Source: Antedon mediterranea
Lineage: Eukaryota > Animalia > Echinodermata
DNA: 64,000 nt
NCBI RefSeq assembly: GCF_964355755.1
Contig: NC_092675.1
Span: 18,262,912 to 18,326,911, forward strand
Reading direction: 5' to 3'
Shown: positions 1 through 13,400 of the stretch, piece by piece
How positions within the stretch are numbered: position 1 is the stretch's first letter
Layout of the letters: each line of letters begins with the position of its first letter
Notes under the pieces: model-generated
What the model was told of the DNA's origin: nothing
Seen by the model: only the letters and a program-made list of their open reading frames with translations
Database searches by the model: none
Program-made: the position numbers and the translations under genes

Positions 1-1381
1 TAGGGCTTGTACACTATTAAGTCATCATTTTCAGAAGCATGTCTTTTCACACTGACCGATCAAAACTAATTATTAACATTGTTCCAACTTTCAATACTTT
101 AGTTTTCAGCCAGTACTTACTCTGGATTGGATTAACCTCTCTGGACTGGTCATAAACAATTAAATTTGACAAAAAGTACATGTATATTATGTGAATAGTC
201 TAAATGGTTTTCAGTTTGTTTGTATTCAATTTGATAATATATTTCATATGTAATAATTTGCTAAGGAAAATGTGGAGTGATTATAACTGTCAACATTTTG
301 TACTTAACTGGACTTGACCTAAAAAAACGAACTGATATTTGATATCTATTTTTGACATTAATTAATTATATTAATAATAATATTATATTATTTCTCCCCC
401 ATTAAAAAATCCTGGATCCTCCCCTGATATTGTGAATATTCAAAAATATATTTAACATGAAAAAGTCTTTATGTAATTATACAATGGAGATTCAGAGATT
501 AGCACATGCTAGAATATGTGTAGTTTGATTGAAATAACTTGAATGGACTCCTAACTCCTTCACCCTCCCCTCCTCCTAAAACCACATCCATGCCTAAAAC
601 AAATATCTGTAATTTAGTATGAAGAGATGCTGCACTATTTTAAAATCATATAAAAATATTGATGTATCTATGATACACATAATCAGTAGACATCTATGAT
701 TAATGTTTAGAATGTAGGCTTATTAGATCAATGTAATATCAACATAAAACTGATTAAAAATGTTATGACACATCTCCTATAATGCTGCAGTGTAAATTAA
801 GAAAATCTAGTTCACATACAACATTGAATTTAGCACATTAAATTTACAGCAAAGTTGTCTTATATTTTACTGCTCTTCAAATTAGGACATACTGTATTAG
901 ATGACCCATTATTTTCAATGACGTAATTATGTAAATTGGTAGGATCTAGTTTTATGCCCCAGGACAATTAACTTATTTCGAGATTTGAAAATTGACACAA
1001 TAGTTTTATTCTGGCTACACTATGACCAGCGAAAAATGATGTTAAATTCAATGGTTTATTTATGATTTTAAAAATGATGTACCGGGTATCCATGTATAAT
1101 ACAAAATATATAGTAAAATTATAAAACAAGCATTTAAATTTGCATGTAAAGTGATTAAAGTGGGAATTCAAACTATTAAATGGTCTTGAGATATACATTT
1201 GTCTAAAGCACCAACCCTAACCCAATTGTGGTTTTACGAAAGAAAAGTGGACATGTATTGAAGTTACAATTATAATTATGATGACAGACAGTTACACTAA
1301 AAATAGTAAATCAAACAATTAAATATTTAGATATTATTTTAAGAATAAATTATAAATGTTTGTTTATCTTATATTTTACAG

Positions 1382-1480
1382 GTCCCAAAGGTCCTAAAGG
1401 TGATACGGGAAATATTGGTAAACCAGGAGATCCAGGTGTAAAGGGAAGAAGAGGGAAAAAAGGAGCATCTGGCATACCAG
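1382..1480 (+). CDS. Collagen exon (G)[32 protein letters not shown], phase 1-1
   Basis: ttttacag|...ataccag|gtgag; 99 bp. Confidence 0.9.
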
Positions 1481-4400
1481 GTGAGATATTAATATTTTAC
1501 ATTAAATCAGTGGTGGATTTTTAAATTAGCAGGGCCTAAAGTTGTGAAATAAAGTGCTGAATTTAAGCTTAAACTTAATCAAATTTTATGTGACAAAACA
1601 AATGTGATGTGCCATATTTAATGGGCATGTCAATACCATATTTAAGCAAATCACACTAGTTTGATAGTGTAGACAGAGCTTTAAGCTATGTTCTATCATT
1701 TACATTGTATTGATGCTATGCTATTAACTAGATAATTCTCAGCAAAATACATGGGACAGATCCAGGATTTTAGGCGAGTAGATTAGTATATCATCAAAAT
1801 ATCATTTTATCTGTCAAAAGGGAGAACAAATGGCCGAAGTGCTCTCCCATGAACTGCCTTTGTAAACATAACATCTAGCATAACAGAAAATAGTAAAAAT
1901 AATAATAAAAATTCTTATCGCTGTTTACTCTCTTTTGTCTTTCAGGATTGAAAGGAGATGGAGGTGTTCCGGTATACAATATTTTTTATTATATTTTTGC
2001 ACAATTGATTTTAATTGTTTCATATGTAAAAGCATCAGAAACCAATGCACTGTTTATCTTTTAGATTTAGTTATATATATTATATTTTTACAATCTATGT
2101 ACTGCAAGCAAGCCATTGTAAAACATTGCATTGTTAAATAGTCAGCGACAACAGCAAGAGCATTCAGCTGTTCATTTTGAGTAATTAAATCATTTTCACA
2201 CCACAAATTACAAAATTGATGAATGGTCTTTTGATTTAAAGCTGCAGAATTCATTAAGAACGAACAATTGCAAATTATATGACAAATGTAGGCAGTGTGT
2301 TCATAATAGCCAAAATGTTGACACAATGTGAACAAACTGCGCAAAAAAAAACTTATATGAACTTTTGTGGTACATGGATTGTAAAATGACACACTTTCTT
2401 TCTACAATTAATATGTAAATGCATCATACAATATTTGCACTTTTTTTTCTAACATATAATGAGACAGTTCTTTTACTAGCTCTAATTATATCAAAGGTAT
2501 GCTTATTTTTGTCCATATGATATATTTTATGGAAATAGTATCATTCATTGTTGTTTTATAAAAATATGGCAGATAGATGCAAAAGGTTTAGGAGTAATGT
2601 AATAGATGAGGTTAAAACAAGGCTTAGGGATATCGTAGGTGAAACTACATTAGACATGAGAAATTTAAGCTTGCCACTTTATCCTAACCCAGCAAAACTA
2701 CAAATTAATATTGAATTAAAAACAAATTAATTTTTAATTATTATTTTTTCATACAAAATAAACAAGTGTAATAATAAAAAGCAATGCTAAGCTTTGTCTG
2801 TAGACATTTTATCGCATTTTGATATTTTAATATGTTGCTTCTTAAAGCAAGTCCTCCAGAGGGATTAACGGTAAGTAAGGGCATTTACGAGATAAAAAAT
2901 TCTTAATTTTATGATGCAACTGAACTTTATCAGAAAATCTTTTAGACACAGGTAACAACAATTGTGAAACTAGTGTTTAAGTCATATATATGAATATATT
3001 ATTTTATTTCATTGTAAACTAATTCAATTGTGGTACGACGGTTTATACGTTTTTCTACTAGCTTGATCGTTCTCACTAGGATGAATGTAAGAATGTAGTG
3101 TTCAACATGTTTGACATCTCTAAATACTAGATCCTTTTCTTTGTGATGCCCATATTCAGAGGACACCCCTATTAGGGGACACTTTCCCATTGAACGTACA
3201 AGGGAGAATATATATGACCAAGATCTATTTAGGAATTAAAAGAACACTTTAATGGGTTCCGGAGGTGTTCCCACAATAGGGGTTGGCTTTGTTTTCCTAA
3301 ATACATTTACTATATTCAAATAAAAAATGAAATGCTGATTATATCACACTTTTGTTATCGCTGCAAATAAAAAAAAAAGAAAGTAGCTTTCCCATCAAGT
3401 ATATAATTCAGTAATGCTGTTATCTTCCACCAAAATAATAAGTAACAGCTTAAAAATTATTTCTTTAGATTGTATTGCATAGACTAAAGTATAGAGCAAT
3501 ATGATGAATGTTACTATTTTCAGATCTATTAATAAATGAACAAATTGGTTTATAATTTAATTAGGTCACCCTGAACTTTCTAGTTTCTTACTAGGAACTG
3601 ACAAATTATAACTAAAGCAATATTAGTGTAGTTTTTAAAACATTATTAATTTTCTAATCTTGTTAGGTAATCTAATTACAATTTCTGGTTTTTATTAGAA
3701 TTGACATAACTCTTTCTACCAACTAGGACACGGCTTTCCCACCACCTTGTGTTTTTAGATTAGACTGGTGTTTGGACTACTTGGCACTGAATATTCCACA
3801 GGACACAATGGTTGGAAACAAATTTTTAGGGAAAAACTGTACAAATAATGTATTAAAATATACCCATATATCCATTTTTAATAAGGGGAAATTTATTATT
3901 TTATTTTAGGAACAGTGATGATAATTCAGCATTTTTTCCTTTCTTACCGCCTAAACAATTGATATATATTAGCAATCACGAAGCACTTTCAGGACCAAAA
4001 AATGTCCCCCTAAATAGGAGTTACGCACGAAAGCAGCAATGTTCCTTTTGTTGATAACAAAAAATGGACTGTTTTAAGTTGTTTCATTTTAAAAAACATT
4101 ATTTTCTGAATAGTTTGCAAATGAGAGGGGTATTTTATTAGTTAATTATAATAAAGTAGGGCAGATTTATTACACCCTGATCTTTCACACCAGCTTGAGT
4201 AGGTAATTTTACTCAGAAACAAAACAAATTGTGATTAATTTCATAGATATATACAAGGTTATTGTCATGTTTTCATAATCCTAGGGAGAACACGTAAGCA
4301 CAAAGAGGGCTTACAGCCCCCTGGGGTGGAACATACCGATTAATTTCACCGCACTTGATTAAATTCATACGTCCTTTTCAAATTGCCCGTAAAATCCGGA

Positions 4401-7400
4401 AATTTGTGAAAGAAGTGATCATAGTAGACAATCTGACACCTTGACCCTTCAAATTAGATCTACTTTGCACTATATGTGTTGTTGATAGTTTACTACTAGA
4501 ATCAATCAAATAATCATCTTACAGGATGCAACCAAATTTAAATATTGTTTGGAATAATTCTTTGAAATTTGGCAAGTACAGTAATATAAATCATTTCTAT
4601 ACTATTGGCATTGTCAGATGGTTGAGAAGAATATCAGTTTATGATATTTTTAATTATATTTTATTTATATATAATTATTAATATTTGAATTGTTAATTGT
4701 TGCCTTAGTTGTTGAGATAATGAAAAGGTTTAGTAAGTAATTTTGACTTGGTAGGAGACCTGCTAGTACCATCTTGTGTCAAGATGTTTTACACTTTGCT
4801 TCTTTCTGTGTACATATATAAATGCACATGTATGAAAAAAAGACTGTGTACTACAAAGATTAGGAAATATAGAATATTAATTTCTGTTTTATGGTGATTG
4901 GTTCAGAACTTTAATCAGTTTCCAAAAAACAAAAATAAAAAAACCTTCCTTTTTACATTAATTGTGATCATTGATTATTAATTAATATAATATTTTATGT
5001 ATTTCATAATTTTGTCATTGTTACACTTGTGTTTCATGAATCATTTAAATGTATGTGACCATTGTAATGTATATTCTTTATGCACTGGTCATTGTCCACT
5101 TTTTACACTCTTCCTGATTCTTCAACTGCTTTCCAAATGGACATTTATATTCTACTGTCAGGTTAGTTATTTTCTTCTCTTTTTGTGTGTTGTCATGCTT
5201 AACCACTGCTATTTCTATGTGGGACTTTTCATTGACACGACACAGCACCAAAGACTATAAAACATAACACGTGTGGTAACTTTTGTGACTACCCTGGCAT
5301 TTTAGAACTGGTGTTGTCGCTGAAGTTATCACAACGCTGATTTTCAAGCCTGTATAGTTATTGTTATACTCTACTGTTATAACTTTAGAGTAGGTGGCTT
5401 GTCATGATCCAATGGAAAAGTCTGCATTTATGTTTTGGTGTTTGTTCAGTATTCACATTTGTATCTTAACAACATACATTACTAATGCAATTGCATGTTG
5501 CTGTTTAAGGTTAATTTTGTGTTGTTTTATATTGTGACTAATACAATGTTTGTTGTGTATAATGAAAACTCTATGCAAATGAATAAGAATAGCCTCCTTT
5601 GCTAAGATTTCCTGAACTTATGATTTCTGATATATTTTCAGATTTGCTGTATGATTGTTATTTCTAAGAATGAATATATAAATGAAAATGAAATAATAAT
5701 TTAAAAAAAAATAAATATCTGAAAATTAATTTTTTATCATAACATATGGTTATTACTTCAAAGATACAATCACATAATTTGTTTAATTAATTTATTTTCT
5801 GATAAAAGATTGTGATTTGGCTTTGATTATGTTATTACTACTTATCATAATGATATAAAAGTAATGGAATTATTATTTTTTCTTCTATCTTACATGAAAA
5901 GAGAATTGTTTGACCTAGATGAAATACCTGGCATTTCCTGATAGGTGTTAATTCAAAAGTATTTTTTCTTGTCATGTGGATGTGTAATATGTCTGTTTAA
6001 AGGGCTTTAGTGACTACCTTTAGGAAAGCCCTAAGGGTGTGGTTCTATCCTTCTATATCATACTAGTTTCTTCCGATATGTCTGTTAAGTTGATTCTACC
6101 TAATTCTCAATACTCGCAGGCAGGCTTCCTATCAAATTTATCTGCCGATATTTTGGTCAATAGGGTACGTAGAACATGAGCTTCCTATTGTGTTTCTAGG
6201 TCATTCCTTTTCTCAATGGTTCCGAAATTATAATATCATTTTGAGATAGGCCTATTTACATTAAACCTTTGCAATATAGATTCATATTAAGATTTTAGGA
6301 TTATAAATTGAAAGTAAATTGAAAATGAACAAATTGATTAGTCAAGTATATGCTAAGGATTTGAGGTTAAGATTTTTGAAAGGTATGGTACACAGAACGA
6401 AGCCATATAAGCTTCATGTGTTTATGAATAAATATTGTTATTTATACCATTTGGTAATCATAATAAGATGGAAAGTTTAAAAAAGACAGGATTTGAACCC
6501 TGGAGATTAGTAAATGCAGGAAGCAGTATATGTGACCTTGATGGAATTATTTTTCTGTAACAGTTACAATATTTTGATGTCATTAACATTTTGGCATAAG
6601 ATACATTGACCGTAATAATTTCATGCTAAACCTAATGGCACTACCATTTACATAGCATAGCAAACTGTTATAGGCTAGGTCACTGATGAATAATATCCCA
6701 CTTTTGAAACACATCAGATCTTACATTCCCCTGGGCCCCTATCTGCCCCTCTTTTCTTTCCTTTAGGCTAACAATCTCATAATACAGGTCAAATAGTTTT
6801 TGAGTTCCTTTGAAAAATAAAAAAAGAAATCATCTGTTTTTAGTCTTTTGTTTAGAATGACATATTCTGCAAGGAGTTTTGTCAAGTCTTTTGAGACAAA
6901 CAAAAAATTGGAACAATTTTGTTTTTAGTCATTCTTTGAAATGATGTAGTCTGAAAGAGAGTTTTGTAAACTGTAACAAATCAAAAACAAAAAGAGTTAA
7001 CTTTCTTTTCTAAAGTTTTACTCATTGTAATACCAACCTGTTTCCTAGTAAACGCAGTTGTTTCAAATCTGATATTGATCATTGTTTTTCCCTTATACCA
7101 CTTAATGCCACATGTGACTCTTTAGGTGTGGTTGTTGAAACCAACTGTCTAAATATATTTCCGATATACAATTCAAATTTATTATTTATTAAACTTGTTG
7201 AACGGTATGATTAGTTTATGAATAGATTGAAAATAGAACGCATGTTACTACTTTAATCTGTGGAATTGGTAGATGATTCACTTCACCAGTAAATTATTAT
7301 TTTTTCATTACATTTCATATCTTACATAAGAATAAATTTATGTTAAAAATCTCTATTAAAATTCTTAAATAAAAGCTGATAAATAAAATTATTAGATTAA

Positions 7401-10400
7401 AAATCAATATTAATAGGCACAAGTTGAAATAGTTAATATAAAGTTATTAAATCATCTGGCTGTTTTGTGAATATGCTAACATTGTATTGAAATGAATTGT
7501 GTAAAAATAAAGTAAGTCCATGTTTTTTCTTCTTGGTACAGATTACTGATATGCGATAAATCTAATCTGCTACATTTCTCATGACATTTTTTTATTCTGT
7601 TTGATTCATATTGAGACTTTGGCAAGATTGACAACTCATAAAATGTCTCCTCATTCAACAATATGAAACATTCACAGTCACTTCCATCCAAAGGCTAGAC
7701 CATGCAAACATTTGGCACTCAGATTTTGGCTGAGAAAGCAGTTTAGACAGCACACTGTACTACACATTCCCATCATGTTGCACGACTGTGCAATAGTACC
7801 TTAATGAGAGATAGTAATGCATGGCATGTGATACAATGTAAGCCAATCAAATGGCAAGGGATACGGATATTTACCTAGATATTAGTATATGTGAAAGAAC
7901 ACAATTTAAGTATACTGTACAGTGTAAAGAATACCATATTAATCTTTTTTTTTTTATTTCATAATTGGTGTCAAGCTTATCCTTTGATAACACACAAGAT
8001 GGAACAATGATTCAATAAAAAAAATCATCAGCTAATTGATAAGAGAAATATAGCCCTCTCTTTTTTGAGAATGAAACTTATGTCTGTGTTTTATTAATAC
8101 CTCCTTGGTAATTATAGTAATGCTAAAATGTAATTAATTTATTAAAGTTCTTATTATACACAGTCCATCCTTTAATGCCATGTTTAATTATATATTAATA
8201 ATCTAGATTTGTTAAAACAAAGAAAAGGAAATGCTATCAAATTAATAACTAAATGCAAACATCAAAGTTATTTCTGGGTTGCCTTGATAAATCTCTCTTT
8301 TTATTATTATTATAAATGAATTGCTTTGAACGTAAACCTAATTGTTTCTGATGTGCCCATGCTTACTGTGAGTCATAAAGGATTTTGTAAAATAATTTGT
8401 AACACACATGCATACATGTTGATTAAGATTGACGTATGAGAGTACTCTATACATATTAAATGAAAAAAAAGAACATTTTTATTTGATCTGTGAGGTTATT
8501 TCCAAACTATTAGCATTAAAATTAAAGAGTGAAAAACTAAACTATAATAGTTAAATCGCCCACACAAATATTTGTTTTATTGTAATAGTGATATATTAAT
8601 TATTTCAATGGTTTTTAAAGGTTTTCCATCCAGCTAATTATAAGAGATCCTAACATAAAATACAAGACAATTACATTAAAATAGACTAATAACTTATATG
8701 CAAATTTTAACTAATGTATATACTACATTAGTTATAATTTACAGAAAAAGACCATTTACGTTTAAGGAATTGTATTTATTTTGAAAAAAAATATTTGTAT
8801 AGTATATAATACCAATAATATTAATATTATATCTATTCTTTTTATTTTCAGATTAGAATTGTTGAAGAAATTAGGATCTCACAGGTAAGTTGAATTTTCT
8901 TTTTCACCCCTTTTTAAAAAAGAAGCGAGAAAGTCTTCCCACACCCACTCTGTAAGATATTCTACAGCATTCCGTAATTCAAAAGTTAATATAGCTTTAT
9001 TGAGCCAGAGAACTCAAATAAGCATTTGAATAAGTACCATACTAATATACATTTAAAGTGCACTTGTTCAATCACAAACACAGTATTTGTATAATAAGAA
9101 GTTATGTATTTTAATAAATAATTATAAGGAGACCAAGCTTTGTAGTTGAAAGCACCGTACTATTTAAGGTGCGCTTTTGTTTGATCACATACACGGTATT
9201 TGTAATATAACAAGACATAATAAAATGATTATGAAATAAAATCTTTTTATGTGTTGGAACAGGGTACCTACTCTTGGGATTACTCATATGGGTAGCATTT
9301 TTATTGAATAATTAGCTATGAAAATGAAGCGAATCTACAAAGAAAGTTGCGTGCATCTTTCAATTTTAATAAGGACAGTGACAAGACTGTAGGAGTACAG
9401 GTTGGAATGAGGCCAAATATGAGTCGCATTCATGGTTACATTGACTACACGTGGTACATGTCTGCAGGACGTAGGAAATGCATTCATAGAAGACACTATA
9501 CTGTAGGGTATTTAGCCTAATTTATGATCCTGTACTGGCTTTTAATTCTTTTAATTGTTATTATGTCATAATATTACTTTAACTTGTTAACTTTGAAGTT
9601 AAAACTTTTTTTTTTATTTAAGTGTTCATTGAAAATCAATTTAAATACATAAAATTTAAACCATATCCACTTATATCGAATTAAACCAGCTGTTTTTAAA
9701 AACTGTTATGTCCTTCTTAAAGGGGGATTCTGGGTTTAAAATTGCTTTTAAATATCGTTTATTTATTAAATAAAAAATATTATAACAATATAGACATGTC
9801 AGAATGAAGAAGTAATAACGAGAAATTAAAAAAATTAAATTTCATATACATTTTAGGGTAAATTCATGGAAAGTCTGTTTTTCAGCAGCTTAGGGAAGCT
9901 CATTAATATTCATGAGATATTCACAAAATCACGTCATCAGTGGATTCCAAACTCGCGACGTCAAGCTTGTACGTTGTGTTCTCTCTCCTCTGTCAAACGA
10001 CGACCACCCGATCATTGTGAAATACATTTTTTGTAGATTTGCTAAGAAGCTAGGCCTAAAGTGTAATAATAACAGTAGCATATATTTATTTGACATTTAA
10101 TGAAATACAAAATTTAGTACAGATTACGGAGTCATAAATTATACTATTTTTATAACTCGAATTAATAGTAACAGATCGTATATCGGCTTCACGTACTAGG
10201 CTAGGCCTAGACTAAATCATTTTATTCATGCCGGGGTGAGAGCCATTTCTGACTAGGGATTCCATGCCACGATGGCCATCATTCATGGGCCTAGCTAGCC
10301 TATTACTAAACGATTGGCCCATAAATAACAAAACTCAGTGGATTCCAAACCCATCCTATCAACCAAACTCCTAAACAATCTAAACCTAAAACGTTCTACA

Positions 10401-13400
10401 AAAATCGGCTGTAAATATTGAGGCAAAACAAGGTCCGATCGCCGTCCGCACGTATGGTCTAATAAGTAGGCCTAGTTTACTCTCCAAAAAATTGTATACT
10501 GCATCAAGCAAGTAGACCGGTAGTAGGAAGGAGACCTAGCCTAGCCTAGCCGATCCGGCCCAGTTAAAAATTGAGCTAGCTAGTGTAGTAGACCCTATGC
10601 GAATTGATACTACCAGGCCTTTTACTATAGGCTACACTTGTTAAAATTAGCAATACTGTACTTATGTTTACAAATATTCCAACTCTCTCATTCGAGCTAT
10701 ATTATCTATACCATTCCGGTAGGTTGAGTCGACCTTCAATCAAATACTGTACATCGTTCATGTTGTGATATAGACGGGGTATACTCGACCCGACCAGTTT
10801 GGTATTGTATACTGTATCTGCTTATCACGTGACGATGCCAGGCATGGGCAGAGAGAGCACGTGTATCGTCGTCTCGCTCTCCTCGCTCAGCAGGAATGTA
10901 TACGTTACGCTTCATTGATTTTGAAGGCTTTCCCTAAGTCAGTGCGAAAATCGGCAAACGTAAAGTGCAAACTTATCTAATTTTTCACTGTTTTGATGGA
11001 TTTTCATAGAAAATTGATTTTATAAATGGGAAGACCGACTAAAATTACATCAGATAAGTATAATTTTACAAAAGTAATTGATATGGTTATTGATAACGAG
11101 TCGTCGGAAGATTGACCATTTCACGAATTTCGTATTCTGTAACCACAGTGTGATTTTGCCGTAGCTGCACTTGTAATCTGGCCTCATTTCACAGCCTTCG
11201 TTCTGCTTCACTGGGCGCTTATATAAATTGAAACTTTTACCGTTCAAGAGACAAACAAATATATTTTACATTTTTTACTATTCATTTTAAACCCGGAACC
11301 CCCCTTTAAAAGACACATTTATCTGAAGATGCAAGGTTTTTTTGGGGGCTTTAAAAAAATTGTTTTCATAAATTGTTGTATTATAATACTAGTAATAATG
11401 TAATCACTATTATGATTTGGAGGAGGTTTTTACAAGGCTTTTGTAGGTTTACGCAGAATACTGTACTAATTAAAATATTGGAAAAATAATTGTACTAAAC
11501 AATGTTGATTAATATTAGTTTGTATTAAATGTCATACTAACTTTAATAAGTTGTAAGATATTGACATATTCCATCAACATGAAAATGTCTATGTCTTCAT
11601 TTTGAGCCTAATTTTCTCCATACTAACAATTCTGACATAAATTCAAAAACTTCACATCACAAGCTAGAATCTTTGACACGGGACAAGGCACTAGTTGTTG
11701 TAATCATGCCCATGTGTTATTATAAATGTTCTGTCCACTAATACTAGGTCAGTGCATATTAATTAACAACATTACGTTTTTATCATAAACCCAGGAAATG
11801 TGATAGAATTAGTGCACATAACACAATGGTACAGATGGAGGAATAATCATTACACATGTCTTAATTTAAAAAGAAAATTAACAGATATTATTAAATGTGA
11901 CAATTGATTTTTTAATGATTTTCAACAAGATTATTAAAAGAAAATAATGAGTGGTATTTATTCAAATAAACTTTGTACATACTAGAAAATATTTAGTGAA
12001 GCTATAAACCTAACATAAATTTTTCAACAAAAAATGTTATATTGGTAGATTGAAAATTAAATATGTTCATAATTTATATAATTTTCATCCATATAATTTA
12101 GTGTTTAGGTTTACCCAAATACTATTATTTGCCTGATTAAAAATTAAATATTCATGTTTTTTTATTTCCAAGCATTTAAGTTAGTGTTATACTACCAAAT
12201 ACTATACTTTGTAGTTTTAGCAAACCTCAGGAATTACTCAAATAATTCCTGTTTAAAAATTGTTTTTTCATAGCACTTAGGCATGATTGACTCCATTTCC
12301 AATAAAAAGGGTAAAGTGGCGTCAGAAGTACATATTTAAGATGGGTACTTGCAATTTTGGAGGTTTCTAAATTAACTAAGATGTCATCTTTATCTGTATT
12401 AACCCTAATCAAACACAACCCAGTTTATTTTGTACACATATACAGTAGTAGCATTTATATTCCATAGGGTGTACAATGTACAGTATGACTTGCCTATATT
12501 TTTAGATATAATTTGAAGTACAGTAGTATACAGTACTTCTAGTTGCCATTTCTAATCTAATATCTTGCTTTAATATAGTTTAAATCTTGAGGTAGTTGGA
12601 TAAAATTTGATGACTAGAAGGTTGTATGTTAATTAAGTTAATTAATACATATTATATGAAAAACAATTAAAGTAGGAGCTTTAAAACAGTTAGTTTTTAT
12701 GCATAGACTTTTTACTTTTTTTAGGTTTTTAGGAATCCAAAAATTACGATTATTTTCTAGCAATTAAAAACAAAAAAACAATTTTAAATGCATTAGTTTC
12801 TGTGCTCAAAATGTGTTTTAATTTTCAAAATATCCAATATTTGTTCATTTCCACCAGTCACATGCAATAATGTTCTAACCATTATAGACCCTTTGATCAA
12901 TAATTGATCACTTAAATTTTCGTTTATCTCAACTTACCACAAAGTGTCATCCAATAAATTTATAATCGCCAAGTTTTAAAAAAGATAATAATCTAACGAA
13001 GAAAGTTTATTTAAAAGAATTATGCCAATTTACCTGTTATTTTTGCGGTAGCCCCATCATGAATTGAGCATTACCTTTGGGATTTCAGATATTAACTGTG
13101 GACATATGTTTAGATGTGAAGGGGCATTCAACTTCCCCTTTTTATATGAAGCAGGTGTCTTTGTCAGATTTCTTGGCCTGATATTTTGCTGTTTGAATTC
13201 AACGCATTTTTGACCTCTGTTTTTAAAATTGAAATATTAAAAAGAAATTGTAATATATAATTTTTTTTTATGAATCTTTTTTTTTACAAGAAAGAAATTA
13301 TCTGTTTTTTTTTTTTTTCAAATTTGTCACTGTATTCTTATACCATTAATTACACAATGAGAAGCATAAAAACCTGCTTTATTATATAACTACTGTATAT

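Noticed and set aside
5915-6260. Possible ancient LINE fragment on the - strand
   Set aside because: Composition is suggestive but no motif can be read with confidence.
6680-6720. CTGATGA...GAAAC as another hammerhead
   Set aside because: No stem II or stem III pairing.
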